Source: a virus
Virus record (IMG/VR): IMGVR_UViG_3300017756_000001
Length of the DNA stretch: 64,000 nt
Direction: 5' to 3' (one strand)
The notes below the pieces were generated by a model. The model saw nothing but the letters and a program-made list of their open reading frames with translations. It did no database searches and had not been told where the DNA came from. Positions 1 to 9,479 of the stretch are shown piece after piece (positions within the stretch are counted from its first letter, which is position 1; each line of letters begins with the position of its first letter). A program made the position numbers and the translations under genes.

Positions 1-102
1 CATCATTCCATTGAACCCACCAATTGTAGGAATTTTAGTTTTGAGTTCTTCTACAAACTCTCTTCCTTTTTCAATATCAACACCAGAAGTTTTGTAATCC
101 AT
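1..102 (-). CDS. purM: Phosphoribosylformylglycinamidine cyclo-ligase (PurM), N-terminal fragment cut by window edge
   Basis: Reverse strand reads MDYKTSGVDIEKGREFVEELKTKIPTIGGFNGMM, matching the PurM N-terminus pattern MDYKxSGVDxExG. Confidence 0.8.
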   Translation of the reverse strand, partial: MDYKTSGVDIEKGREFVEELKTKIPTIGGFNGMM

Positions 103-139
103 TAATGTATTTCTCCACTAACATATGATGCTTCACTTT

Positions 140-355
140 TTATTTAATAAAGTGCTTTTCAAGAACTTCAATGCGTTCCTCTTCGTGTGCAATGATATCT
201 AATTGTTCTTGAATGGCAGCCAATACATCCGGATGCTCACCGATACCTACAGGATTGTGTAGGTAAATTTCAATATTTACTTTTGCCTTACTAATCTTAC
301 CAATCGCGTCATTGCGTAAGGCAGATAGTGTTTTTTCCCTTAGATTACATGACAT
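140..355 (-). CDS. Hypothetical phage protein
   Basis: 71-aa ORF, tightly packed with neighbours. Confidence 0.55.
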   Translation of the reverse strand: MSCNLREKTLSALRNDAIGKISKAKVNIEIYLHNPVGIGEHPDVLAAIQEQLDIIAHEEERIEVLEKHFIK

Positions 356-358
356 AAT

Positions 359-568
359 TTATTCTTCCTCGTAAAGTTTTTCTAATTTTTCTCTAGACAA
401 ATCAACATACATTACTTCATCACCAGGGGTAGGTGCCTCAGGATGACGTGGTTTTGGTTTATTCATCTCCATATTTATGGATTGAATATTAGACCACATC
501 ATTGCAAAGGCACCACCGGCAATAATTGCAAAGAAAACGAAGTAAATAAAAACTTCAAATCCATTCAC
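359..568 (-). CDS. Hypothetical small membrane protein
   Basis: 69-aa ORF with N-terminal TM segment; overlaps the psbD stop region by 4 nt. Confidence 0.55.
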   Translation of the reverse strand: MNGFEVFIYFVFFAIIAGGAFAMMWSNIQSINMEMNKPKPRHPEAPTPGDEVMYVDLSREKLEKLYEEE

Positions 569-1620
569 AGAGCATTTCCTCTTGGTAAAACTTCTTCAGG
601 GAAGACAAAGTTTTCATGTGGTTGATCGACAGGTGCAAGCCAAGCACGGAGTCCCTCGTTGAGGAGAATGTTCTTGGTGTAGAAGGTCTCAAACTCTGGA
701 TCTTCTGCGGCACGAATCTCTTGTGAGACAAAATCATACGCACGTAAATTAAGAGCAAGACCAATGATGCCGATACTGCTAGTCCAAAGACCCATAACTG
801 GGACAAATAACATAAAGAAATGCAGCCAACGCTTGTTACTGAAAGCAATACCAAAAATTTGTGACCAGAAACGATTTGCAGTAACCATCGAATAGGTCTC
901 TTCTTCTTGAGTACTGTCAAATGCTTTAAAAGTATTTGCTTGTTCACCATCTTCATACAAAGTATTCTCAACTGTAACACCATGTATCGCAGAAAGCAAG
1001 GCTCCTCCTAAAATACCTGCAACTCCCATCATATGGAAGGGATTGAGCGTCCAGTTATGAAAGCCCTGGAGGAAGAGAAGGAAGCGGAATATTGCCGCGA
1101 CACCGAAACTCGGCGCAAAGAACCAACTCGACTGTCCGAGTGGGTAAATGAGAAAAACACTGACAAAAACAGCGATAGGCCCAGAAAACGCAATAGCATT
1201 GTACGGACGAATACCTACTAAACGACTGATTTCAAACTGTCGAAGCATGAAACCTATGAGGGCAAATGCACCGTGGAGAGCAACAAAGGACCAAAGCCCT
1301 CCAAGTTGGCACCACCGGACGAAATCTCCCTGAGACTCAGGACCCCAAAGTAGAAGAAGAGAATGACCCATAGCATCAGCAGGCGTTGAGACAGCCGCTG
1401 TAAGAAAATTAGCACCCTCAAGGTAACTACTTGCGAGACCGTGGGTGTACCAGCTCGTAACAAAGGTAGTGCCAGTAAGCCAGCCACCAATTGCAAGATA
1501 AGCAGTGGGAAAAAGTAATAGTCCAGACCAGCCCACAAAGACAAAACGATCGCGTTTAAGCCAGTCATCAAGGACATCGAACCACCCCCGTGTTGGTTGT
1601 TGTAATGTTGAAGCAACCAT
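565..1620 (-). CDS. psbD: Photosystem II D2 protein
   Basis: 351 aa; hallmark D2 sequence ([28 protein letters not shown] ... [22 protein letters not shown]). Confidence 0.98.
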   Translation of the reverse strand: MVASTLQQPTRGWFDVLDDWLKRDRFVFVGWSGLLLFPTAYLAIGGWLTGTTFVTSWYTHGLASSYLEGANFLTAAVSTPADAMGHSLLLLWGPESQGDFVRWCQLGGLWSFVALHGAFALIGFMLRQFEISRLVGIRPYNAIAFSGPIAVFVSVFLIYPLGQSSWFFAPSFGVAAIFRFLLFLQGFHNWTLNPFHMMGVAGILGGALLSAIHGVTVENTLYEDGEQANTFKAFDSTQEEETYSMVTANRFWSQIFGIAFSNKRWLHFFMLFVPVMGLWTSSIGIIGLALNLRAYDFVSQEIRAAEDPEFETFYTKNILLNEGLRAWLAPVDQPHENFVFPEEVLPRGNAL

Positions 1621-1622
1621 GA

Positions 1623-1853
1623 TTATTTAAAACCTCCATTAGATTTTTTCTTATTTTGTTTTCGATCCAAAACTTTTATATGAGACTTGAACTGTGAAGG
1701 AACATTAAACCACTCACTTCTAACTTCTTCCCATGAATCAAAAGTTTTTGATTGACCATTTGAGTATACAAACTCATAATGATGACGGTCATAGGGTTGA
1801 TCAGAAGTGTCGGTAAAATACCGAGGATCAGAAGGTTCAATTAGTTTTATCAT
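1623..1853 (-). CDS. Hypothetical protein
   Basis: 76-aa ORF between psbD and psbA. Confidence 0.5.
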   Translation of the reverse strand: MIKLIEPSDPRYFTDTSDQPYDRHHYEFVYSNGQSKTFDSWEEVRSEWFNVPSQFKSHIKVLDRKQNKKKSNGGFK

Positions 1854-2199
1854 TTAAATCCTGCTGAATAGGAATCTGTTGCCCGTTAACCATAATATGA
1901 TGTGGTTTTAATTCAGGGTTAGGTTGAGAAGGAACTGTAGGATTTTTATCCAAGTTCTTAATCACAATAAAGGCATCCTTATTATATTTGCGAGTGCCTT
2001 TTACTGGTGCCCATTTTGTTCCGGCACCCTCAATTTCGTAGATTGATGTTCCACCAATTTCTACAGCAATGTTGTCCCCATGCTCCCATTTGAGTTTATT
2101 CAATGCTTGATGGAGATCACTAATCCAACTATTATTGTTAGATTCACTCATAACACGTTCTTCTGGATCAAGTTTACCGTTCATAATAGTATCACACAA
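1837..2199 (-). CDS. Hypothetical protein (true start probably internal, MSESNNN...)
   Basis: 120-aa ORF between psbD and psbA. Confidence 0.55.
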   Translation of the reverse strand: MCDTIMNGKLDPEERVMSESNNNSWISDLHQALNKLKWEHGDNIAVEIGGTSIYEIEGAGTKWAPVKGTRKYNKDAFIVIKNLDKNPTVPSQPNPELKPHHIMVNGQQIPIQQDLNDKTN

Positions 2200-2231
2200 A
2201 GTAAAGGAATTGTAACCGTTAAAATACCTAT

Positions 2232-2259
2232 AAAAAACCCCGCCACATAAGTGACGGGG
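2232..2259 (-). terminator. Rho-independent terminator downstream of psbA
   Basis: Minus strand CCCCGTCAC-TTAT-GTGGCGGGG followed by TTTTTT. Confidence 0.85.
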
Positions 2260-2282
2260 AAGAAACTACCAGGTTCCATTCA

Positions 2283-3374
2283 TCAACCGATAGAAGGTGC
2301 GGTGAGTGCCACAGGGGTAGACTCAGCAGCAGCCAGATCCAGAGGGAAGTTGTGAGCATTGCGCTCGTGCATCACTTCCATACCGAGACCAGCACGATTA
2401 AGAACGTCTGCCCAGGTGTTTACAACACGACCTTGACTTTCAACAATGGATTGATTGAAGTTAAATCCGTTGAGGTTGAATGCCATGGTGCTGACACCGA
2501 GGGCGGTAAACCAGATCCCCACGACGGGCCACGCAGCGAGGAAGAAATGCAGACTTCTAGAATTGTTAAAAGATGCATATTGGAAGATCAGACGACCGAA
2601 GTAACCGTGTGCGGCAACAATGTTGTAGGTCTCTTCTTCTTGACCGAACTTGTAACCGTAGTTCTGAGACTCTGTTTCAGTGGTTTCACGTACAAGTGAG
2701 GAAGTAACCAGACTTCCGTGCATAGCAGAGAAAAGAGATCCACCGAATACCCCAGCAACACCGAGCATGTGGAACGGGTGCATAAGGATATTGTGTTCTG
2801 CCTGGAATACAAGCATGTAGTTAAAAGTACCAGAGATACCAAGAGGCATACCATCAGAGAACGAACCTTGACCGAAAGGATAGACGAGGAATACTGCAGA
2901 TGCTGCTGCGACAGGTGCGCTATAAGCAACACAGATCCAAGGACGCATACCGAGACGGTAAGAGAGTTCCCACTCACGACCCATGTAAGCAAAGACGCCA
3001 ATAAGGAAGTGGAATACTACGAGTTGGTAAGGACCACCATTATACAACCACTCGTCGAGGGTTGCGGCTTCCCAGATGGGATAGAAATGAAGACCAATTG
3101 CGTTGGAAGAAGGAACAACTGCACCAGAGATGATGTTGTTACCATACATGAGTGAACCGGCAACGGGTTCACGGATGCCGTCGATGTCCACAGGAGGAGC
3201 AGCGACGAAGGCGGTGATGAAGCAGATAGTTGCTGCCAACAGAGTTGGGATCATCAGTACGCCGAACCAACCGACATAGAGGCGGTTATTGGTAGAAGTT
3301 ACCCACTGGCAGAAAGACTCCCATGTGGATGTTTGTTGTTGTCTTGAAAGAGTTTGTGTCATTGTTTTAAACAA
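2283..3374 (-). CDS. psbA: Photosystem II D1 protein (true start probably MTQTLS, about 3362)
   Basis: D1 hallmark sequence throughout, C-terminus [19 protein letters not shown]. Confidence 0.98.
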   Translation of the reverse strand: MFKTMTQTLSRQQQTSTWESFCQWVTSTNNRLYVGWFGVLMIPTLLAATICFITAFVAAPPVDIDGIREPVAGSLMYGNNIISGAVVPSSNAIGLHFYPIWEAATLDEWLYNGGPYQLVVFHFLIGVFAYMGREWELSYRLGMRPWICVAYSAPVAAASAVFLVYPFGQGSFSDGMPLGISGTFNYMLVFQAEHNILMHPFHMLGVAGVFGGSLFSAMHGSLVTSSLVRETTETESQNYGYKFGQEEETYNIVAAHGYFGRLIFQYASFNNSRSLHFFLAAWPVVGIWFTALGVSTMAFNLNGFNFNQSIVESQGRVVNTWADVLNRAGLGMEVMHERNAHNFPLDLAAAESTPVALTAPSIG

Positions 3375-3520
3375 AAAAGTAAGACCATCAGGGAAATGGT
3401 GGAGTTACTATTCCTCTACACCCTTAGTAGAGGTATGAGAGACGTGGTTTATACACCCTAGAGGTCTCGGTTTATGGGGTGTCTAGAAGACGTTACATTT
3501 CGTAACCATTCAACTTATTT

Positions 3521-3549
3521 ATAATACTACGGTTTCCCGTCCCTGTCAA
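3521..3549 (-). promoter_or_regulatory. sigma70-type promoter for psbA
   Basis: TTGACA (3544-3549), 17-nt spacer, TATTAT (3521-3526) on minus strand. Confidence 0.7.
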
Positions 3550-3552
3550 GCC

Positions 3553-3759
3553 CTAAAATCGATATTCTTCCAAAATATCCAAGACATATCCTAGGTATCT
3601 CTGTGCCAATTCTTTTTTGTCTTGCGGTTCCCAACCCAGATCATTTTTTAGTTTCATTATACGAACTCTCAGTTCTTCAACACTAACTTGATTTCTAGGC
3701 ATAAAAATAGACCCTCTAGTATATGTAGAGAGTCTAGTGCTAACTTGGTGATGGTGCAT
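3553..3759 (-). CDS. Hypothetical protein
   Basis: 68-aa ORF; most likely start is the internal MPRNQVSVEELRVRIMKL... Confidence 0.55.
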   Translation of the reverse strand: MHHHQVSTRLSTYTRGSIFMPRNQVSVEELRVRIMKLKNDLGWEPQDKKELAQRYLGYVLDILEEYRF

Positions 3760-3880
3760 ACACTGGTGTCATCAAACCACCATCTGGACCATCATCGTCA
3801 TCATCTACATCCGTCAAAAGTAACATAAAAAAGAGGGGTGCCAATAAAAATATTATTGTCTGTGCCCACTCTAAACTCAT
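3740..3880 (-). CDS. 46-aa small membrane protein (not in ORF track)
   Basis: Read directly: MSLEWAQTIIFLLAPLFFMLLLTDVDDDDDGPDGGLMTPVYAPSPS; TM segment then Asp-rich tail. Confidence 0.55.
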   Translation of the reverse strand: MSLEWAQTIIFLLAPLFFMLLLTDVDDDDDGPDGGLMTPVYAPSPS

Positions 3881-3942
3881 GATCTTTTAGCTGCTGCAGC
3901 AAGTGGGATCAGCAACAGCACAGCTGCCACTACAAATCCCAT
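3877..3942 (-). CDS. 21-aa hydrophobic micro-ORF (not in ORF track)
   Basis: MGFVVAAVLLLIPLAAAAKRS; start overlaps hli stop (TGATG), stop overlaps next start (ATGA). Confidence 0.35.
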   Translation of the reverse strand: MGFVVAAVLLLIPLAAAAKRS

Positions 3943-4049
3943 CACCAGATACCTGGAATGATTTGACCTGTTACTGCATATGAACCCATAGCAGCAATAA
4001 CACCAATCATAGCTGCAAGTCCATTAATACGTTCTGCGTTTTCGTTCAT
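3942..4049 (-). CDS. hli: High-light-inducible protein, 35 aa (not in ORF track)
   Basis: MNENAERINGLAAMIGVIAAMGSYAVTGQIIPGIW; classic Hli core (ERxNGxxAMIG ... TGQIIPG). Confidence 0.9.
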   Translation of the reverse strand: MNENAERINGLAAMIGVIAAMGSYAVTGQIIPGIW

Positions 4050-4210
4050 TGTTTTTTCTCCTGTTGTGTTTTGTTTTTAATAATAACTCTACCTTTACCT
4101 CTAAGGTATTCGATTTGAAACTCTAGTTTATCATCGTGCCCCCAGCAGAGTTCTTCGTATAGGGCATTTAATTTCTCCATGTCTTCATAAAGAGCATTTG
4201 GATCTGGCAT
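4046..4210 (-). CDS. 54-aa hypothetical protein (not in ORF track)
   Basis: MPDPNALYEDMEKLNALYEELCWGHDDKLEFQIEYLRGKGRVIIKNKTQQEKKQ; stop overlaps hli start (ATGA). Confidence 0.6.
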   Translation of the reverse strand: MPDPNALYEDMEKLNALYEELCWGHDDKLEFQIEYLRGKGRVIIKNKTQQEKKQ

Positions 4211-4237
4211 ATCAGTTAGGTCTATCTAACGTATATA

Positions 4238-4462
4238 TTACCCTTGAAGTTCAAGGTAAAACTTAGTCTGATCACTGGGACTATTCTCATAGATAGAGGA
4301 ATCTCCATATGTTTTGTGATCTTTGTACCCAACCATTCTACCTTTTGTATTTTGTAGAGCTGGCATGAATGCTATAAAAAAGAATACTCCTGGTGCTCCG
4401 ATGAATACAACGGAGACGATTACATAATAAGTAAGAAGTTCAATAAGGGAGTTTTCCATCAA
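4238..4462 (-). CDS. Hypothetical membrane protein
   Basis: 74-aa ORF with strong TM segment. Confidence 0.5.
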   Translation of the reverse strand: MMENSLIELLTYYVIVSVVFIGAPGVFFFIAFMPALQNTKGRMVGYKDHKTYGDSSIYENSPSDQTKFYLELQG

Positions 4463-4544
4463 TAAGTCTCAGATAGTTGTTCTACAGAATAAGCTAGCAA
4501 TACAAAAAATGCAATGCTAGTTGTGGTGAAAATAATTTCAGACA

Positions 4545-4763
4545 TCAGAATCCGAAAGCACCAAAGAAAAATACACTACCAGTAGTAGCATAGCTGACGA
4601 TAGCAGCAATAAATCCAAGCATAGCAGTACGTCCATTTAACTTCTCCGCACGTTCTGCATAGGACTCATATCCATAACGCTCGGCATCAGTCTTAGAGAC
4701 ATACATTTGTGGTTCTTTAGCAAACAGATTCTGTTGCCCGAACTCATTAGTTGTTACAGTCAT
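4545..4763 (-). CDS. hli: High-light-inducible protein
   Basis: C-terminal AERAEKLNGRTAMLGFIAAIVSYATTGSVFFFGAF, Hli/CAB-like helix. Confidence 0.9.
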   Translation of the reverse strand: MTVTTNEFGQQNLFAKEPQMYVSKTDAERYGYESYAERAEKLNGRTAMLGFIAAIVSYATTGSVFFFGAFGF

Positions 4764-4789
4764 TTACCTAATGTAATGAATCTTTACAT

Positions 4790-4818
4790 ATTATATAGTA
4801 ATGTAACAAACCTGTCAA
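4790..4818 (-). promoter_or_regulatory. Perfect consensus sigma70 promoter upstream of hli
   Basis: TTGACA (4813-4818), 17-nt spacer, TATAAT (4790-4795) on minus strand. Confidence 0.8.
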
Positions 4819-4823
4819 GCCCT

Positions 4824-5630
4824 CTAGCCAGGATTTCCTGACGGATTACTGATTTTGTTAAAGTAGGGATCAAAATTTGTAATGTCTTCTACAGTCATAT
4901 TAGATCCCTGCTGCTGCCAGAAGTTTAAAATACCATCATGACTATTTTTGTGGAAAGCATCTACATGTTCTGGATGAATAGATGAACCCAGTTGGATACG
5001 ATACAACAAAAGTGGTGTCGCAAATGTCAATCCAGAATTGTAAATCAAATCATCTGCAACAGGACGTGGTTTGACTCCACAGTCAAGTTTGTATTTGTCA
5101 CCTCTGACATGAAAATCAATTAACTTCTTGGCATGATGTCGCGTAATAATATAGCAAGCTGTAGAAAAATCATTCACAAATCTATTGTGAATGGGAACGT
5201 GTATATCACCGGTAGAAATAATTGCAAGTTGAATTACATCCCAGGCATAAGGAACTTTTGCAATAAAATCTTTCCATGTGAAGTTCCAACACTTTACAGT
5301 ATCTAAACTACAATCATCTTCCATCATGATTGCGTAAGGAGTGTCACTTGTATCATACCAATGTTTAATTGCTTTGAGATGAGAGGTCACACATCCAATC
5401 TCACCAGACGAAACCATGTCAGGGTATTTACCTTTAAGAATATCACTCAGATCATCTTCACGTCCATCATAAGCGGTGATACGAGTATAGTCTTCTATCT
5501 CCCAGTATTTTAATTGTGCCTCCATATACATTTTTCTTTCTGGTTCACCATCAAGATTAATATAATAAACGGGAGGTAATCCTTTAAGTTTATATGCCGA
5601 TTTATTTTTGTCCATTATATAATCTCCCAA
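4824..5630 (-). CDS. Glycosyltransferase family 25-like
   Basis: VYYINLDGEPERKMYMEAQL ... EIGCVTSHLKAIKHWYDTSDTPYAIMMEDDCSL. Confidence 0.8.
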   Translation of the reverse strand: MGDYIMDKNKSAYKLKGLPPVYYINLDGEPERKMYMEAQLKYWEIEDYTRITAYDGREDDLSDILKGKYPDMVSSGEIGCVTSHLKAIKHWYDTSDTPYAIMMEDDCSLDTVKCWNFTWKDFIAKVPYAWDVIQLAIISTGDIHVPIHNRFVNDFSTACYIITRHHAKKLIDFHVRGDKYKLDCGVKPRPVADDLIYNSGLTFATPLLLYRIQLGSSIHPEHVDAFHKNSHDGILNFWQQQGSNMTVEDITNFDPYFNKISNPSGNPG

Positions 5631-6418
5631 TGCTCAGGATATAAGTCTTTTGTATTTAAATTAGAATTATTAGGTCCGAACCATTTTTTGGGTGCAATTA
5701 CCTTTCCTTTATTTGCTAACCATGCACCCCACCAAGAAAAAGTAGAATTAGCAATAATAAAATCATCACATTGACTCATCAAGTATAGATCCATATAAGG
5801 ATTATTTCCTGAAGAAACAATAAATCTATCAGACTCAAATAACTTTTGTTCCACACACCACTGAGGATCATCACTAAAGATAACAACTTGCCTTTTAGAA
5901 TCAAACTTACTTAAAGCTTCCTTGTAGTAATCAAGAGATTGATTGTAATGGTTACCGGAGTTAATTAAAAAATCTCCTCTACGAATATGAAGAGCAATAG
6001 GATTATCAAAACACTCTTCAATAATATCATTACATTCATTAACAGTTTGTTCCTTGAATTTAAACTGATTTCTTATTTCATTTTCACAATGTTTGAAATA
6101 TTTTTCAGTTTGAAAGAATCCATAAAGAGTAAAATCATGTCGTTTATCCACGTTAAAAATATTACGATCATACTCAAATCCTTTTTCAGAAAGAACATTA
6201 TCGGTTTTAAGTAATCCTTTATTGTCTGGTTTAATATCAAAGCAATCGAATAGTTCTATTCTTAATTTATTACCAAGAGCATCGACAAGAACTTCATTAT
6301 GATCTGGAATTGTAAATGTAACTCCAAGATATCTTGCGGCACCTAAGGTTGCCGCATACTGAAACATTTGATTACCAAGTTGCCCCAATTTACCGAGATA
6401 GTTAAATGCTACTGTCAT
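5615..6418 (-). CDS. Alpha-1,2-fucosyltransferase-like (GT11)
   Basis: LGQLGNQMFQYAATLGAAR ... IALHIRRGDF ... STFSWWGAWLA. Confidence 0.88.
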   Translation of the reverse strand: MTVAFNYLGKLGQLGNQMFQYAATLGAARYLGVTFTIPDHNEVLVDALGNKLRIELFDCFDIKPDNKGLLKTDNVLSEKGFEYDRNIFNVDKRHDFTLYGFFQTEKYFKHCENEIRNQFKFKEQTVNECNDIIEECFDNPIALHIRRGDFLINSGNHYNQSLDYYKEALSKFDSKRQVVIFSDDPQWCVEQKLFESDRFIVSSGNNPYMDLYLMSQCDDFIIANSTFSWWGAWLANKGKVIAPKKWFGPNNSNLNTKDLYPEHWEII

Positions 6419-7299
6419 TTTAAATTTTTCCTAACCCATTCAATAACTTTAACACTCCACTTCCATCCTAGAATTTCCTTCACTTTATCGATATTTGCTG
6501 TGGAATGCATTACCTCTCCAGATCTTTGAGGTATTGCAATCTGATAATCAGATATTAAATCAGCAATTGTTTGAATCTCTGTTCCTTCTCCTGTGCCAAT
6601 ATTAAATACTTGACCATACTCTTCAAGATCTCTTTGAGTTGCAAGAATATTAGCATAAACAACATCAGAGACATGAACAAAATCTCTTGTTTGATATCCC
6701 GGTTCTACTATTGTCAGAGGTTCTTTATTTTCTTTTTGCCGTTTAAAAATTGACATGACAGGAGCATATTGACCTGTCTTATGACACCCTTCACCATAAA
6801 CATTAAAATATCTAAACATTACAGTTTTCAGACCATAAAGATTATAATACATTTCACAGAGTTGTTCTCCGGAATATTTAGATATTGAATATGTATTCAG
6901 ACACTGGACTTGATTTGTTTCATACTTAGGATGAAATATTCTATTTCCATATACAGCAGATGTAGAGGAAAATATAAACCTATCAATATCGTGAATTCTA
7001 GCACACTCTAGAACATTCATAGTTGCTAAAATATTATTTGCCATACTCTCATTTGGTTTCTCTACACAATATGGTATGGAAACTTCAGATGCCATATGAA
7101 AAACATTATTTACACTTTCAAAAAGATGAATATATTTTGTATATTTTTCAGATAAATCATAAAGATAATATGTTGCTTTTGGATTTGGATCGTGATGCTT
7201 TACTCTATCCAAAACTACAACTTCATGTCCTAATTTTACCAATCTATCTACTAGATGAGATCCAATAAATCCACATCCTCCAGTAACTAATGATTTCAT
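6415..7299 (-). CDS. NAD-dependent nucleotide-sugar epimerase/dehydratase
   Basis: TGGCGFIGSHLVDRL ... SSTSAVYG ... YSISKYSGEQ (extended SDR). Confidence 0.88.
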   Translation of the reverse strand: MKSLVTGGCGFIGSHLVDRLVKLGHEVVVLDRVKHHDPNPKATYYLYDLSEKYTKYIHLFESVNNVFHMASEVSIPYCVEKPNESMANNILATMNVLECARIHDIDRFIFSSTSAVYGNRIFHPKYETNQVQCLNTYSISKYSGEQLCEMYYNLYGLKTVMFRYFNVYGEGCHKTGQYAPVMSIFKRQKENKEPLTIVEPGYQTRDFVHVSDVVYANILATQRDLEEYGQVFNIGTGEGTEIQTIADLISDYQIAIPQRSGEVMHSTANIDKVKEILGWKWSVKVIEWVRKNLK

Positions 7300-7943
7300 A
7301 AAACTCTCTCAGGTAAAAAATAATTTTTATTAAAGTTAAAACACTCCTGTGTTGGATAACTTGTAAGTGGATTTACAGTTGCTTGATAAGAACTGTTTTG
7401 ATAGAACATTGGATCATCAAATGTATATACATTGAACCAACGTTGTATCTCAGCAAATCCAATATCCTGATAACTACCGATCACATTGCCAGCATGAAAA
7501 CTTATTCTTTGACACATTCTAACATAATCTTCTGTCAGATACAATATGGCATGTGCCCCAAGCATATTATAAACACGATGAAAATTATCACTTATCTTTT
7601 CATATTGAACAAAAGGACCAGAGTGTCCGTTCATTCTTCCCCATGATGAAACTCCAAGATAAACTGCATCAGCATTTTTGGGAACTTCAATTTCTGGTTC
7701 AAAGTTTTTGATTTCACAATCATCTTCAAAAAGAATAAAAGGAGGATCAATCTCCTCCAATCCTCTAAGGTGTGCCAATGAACATCCAATCAATGGATTA
7801 TCTGGACGAGATACACCTTCAACACGAATTGAATTTTTAAATCCACAGTCTTTAATCAGTTTTTGCATACTTTTATTTTTCTCAGTATGCTCAGCAAGAT
7901 TCAGATAAACTGCAGGGATTTCTCTAAGATCTAAGTGCAGCAT
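7296..7943 (-). CDS. GT25-like glycosyltransferase
   Basis: VYLNLAEHTEKNKSM ... IGCSLAHLRGLEEIDPPFILFEDDCEI. Confidence 0.65.
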   Translation of the reverse strand: MLHLDLREIPAVYLNLAEHTEKNKSMQKLIKDCGFKNSIRVEGVSRPDNPLIGCSLAHLRGLEEIDPPFILFEDDCEIKNFEPEIEVPKNADAVYLGVSSWGRMNGHSGPFVQYEKISDNFHRVYNMLGAHAILYLTEDYVRMCQRISFHAGNVIGSYQDIGFAEIQRWFNVYTFDDPMFYQNSSYQATVNPLTSYPTQECFNFNKNYFLPERVL

Positions 7944-8625
7944 GATTTTTCTTCAAAGCAATAATTTTTCCAGGTTTGTAAGGATAATCAGTTCCTATAA
8001 ATTCTTCAGCATAGCAATAGGTCGGATCAAGATCTAAGGTAGGTGGATTATCAATCAGATACCTATTCATGTGACTTTCATCGTGCCAGAGTGCAATAAC
8101 ACCTTTCTTAAGATCTTTATTCACATTATTGGCAATAATTTCTGCCATCTTCATAAAACTTTCAGTTTTACCACCATTAAAACCACCAGCATAGTAACTA
8201 ATGGTCTTCTGATCAAAAGGGACATAAGCAAGTGACTTTGGATTCCTATCAAAAGATTGTGATGATGAATCGATCAATGATTGATATCCATGACGTGTTG
8301 CAACAAGATCACCACAAACTTCTTCTGCCTCTACTAAACCATCAATACGCATATCTGCATCAAAGTAGAAGCAATAATCATGATCAAAGATAAAGTCCTT
8401 CTCCTTAACAAAATAGTTATAACGCTTCAGAGTAGGCATTGGCCAAGGTTCATGATCAATATAGTGAACTCTAACATTATCACCACACTCTTCAATTTCG
8501 TGATCAGTGAATAGAAGACAATTAATTTCTGCTCCAGGGCAGAACTTTTCAGAAATATCCTCATACAGTTTTTCTACAAACTGCAGATACTTATTAGTAG
8601 CAATAGTCAGAATACAGATTTTCAT
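7924..8625 (-). CDS. Family 6-like (ABO/alpha-Gal-type) glycosyltransferase
   Basis: KRYNYF ... YCFYFDADMRI ... YYAGGFNGGKTESFMKM ... ALWHDESHMNRYLIDNPPTLDLDPTYCY. Confidence 0.75.
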   Translation of the reverse strand: MKICILTIATNKYLQFVEKLYEDISEKFCPGAEINCLLFTDHEIEECGDNVRVHYIDHEPWPMPTLKRYNYFVKEKDFIFDHDYCFYFDADMRIDGLVEAEEVCGDLVATRHGYQSLIDSSSQSFDRNPKSLAYVPFDQKTISYYAGGFNGGKTESFMKMAEIIANNVNKDLKKGVIALWHDESHMNRYLIDNPPTLDLDPTYCYAEEFIGTDYPYKPGKIIALKKNHAALRS

Positions 8626-9479
8626 AGTATATCTAATAATGTTTTAACTGACATCTCAAAAGATAAATTATCCTTAATATATGCTTTTGGGTCATAATCA
8701 TTTATCCTAGCATAAAAATTGTCAAATGTCTCCTCTAATTTATCAATTGAATAAAATCTTTCTCCACACCTCTCATCCCAAAAAGGAACTGAAGTAGCAG
8801 GAACACGATATGCTTCTCCTTGATCCAACCATTCTTTGAGGTCCCATGTGATAATAGGTACACCCATCGACATTATTTCTTGAACTGCAATACCTTGACT
8901 TTCTGTTCCATTGATGAGAAAACAGAATTTTGCCTGATTCACAAGATTACGGAAACCAACTTCATCATATCCACCATACTCTACCATTCGATATGATAAC
9001 CCTCTACCAAGCAGAAATTTTTTGACTGCTGACAATTCACTCACATCTCTTCTCTTAAAATAAATTAGACAATCATAACTTGGTTCTCTTACATTATTAA
9101 ACTCTTCAATACCCACTGGCCAAATAGCAATCTTTTCCTCTGGTAAATTAAACTTGTCGATAAATTTATTTTTTACCCATTGTGATGGTGCGATTAATTT
9201 CTTATAGTAATTTTGATTTTCAATCAAAAATTGACCATACCCATCAAATAACCAAACCTGTGGTCCAATGATTGTAGTCTCCTGTTCAATCTTAGAATGT
9301 TTTTCGTGTGCTATCGCATCATATTGTATCAGAAAATTATGATTATACTTCTCTTCGTTAATTGCATAATCTATTTTTTCTTGAATAAGACTTTTGATTA
9401 GATTATCTACAACCTTGTGAGGTCCGTTCATCGTTGCGGAGTGACCCCAATATGCTTCTGAATAATAAAGATTGATCAT
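8622..9479 (-). CDS. Glycosyltransferase, GT1/GT4-like
   Basis: APSQWVKNKF ... FCFLINGTESQGIAVQEIMSMGVPIITWD. Confidence 0.65.
   Translation of the reverse strand: MINLYYSEAYWGHSATMNGPHKVVDNLIKSLIQEKIDYAINEEKYNHNFLIQYDAIAHEKHSKIEQETTIIGPQVWLFDGYGQFLIENQNYYKKLIAPSQWVKNKFIDKFNLPEEKIAIWPVGIEEFNNVREPSYDCLIYFKRRDVSELSAVKKFLLGRGLSYRMVEYGGYDEVGFRNLVNQAKFCFLINGTESQGIAVQEIMSMGVPIITWDLKEWLDQGEAYRVPATSVPFWDERCGERFYSIDKLEETFDNFYARINDYDPKAYIKDNLSFEMSVKTLLDIL

Noticed and set aside
2352-3155. Plus-strand and minus +1 frame ORFs inside psbA (115, 137, 145 aa)
   Set aside because: Shadow frames of the highly constrained psbA sequence, which is itself unambiguous.
4819-4850. CCAGGATTTCCTG inverted repeat at the end of the glycan cluster as a terminator
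   Set aside because: Short stem without a following T-run on the minus strand.
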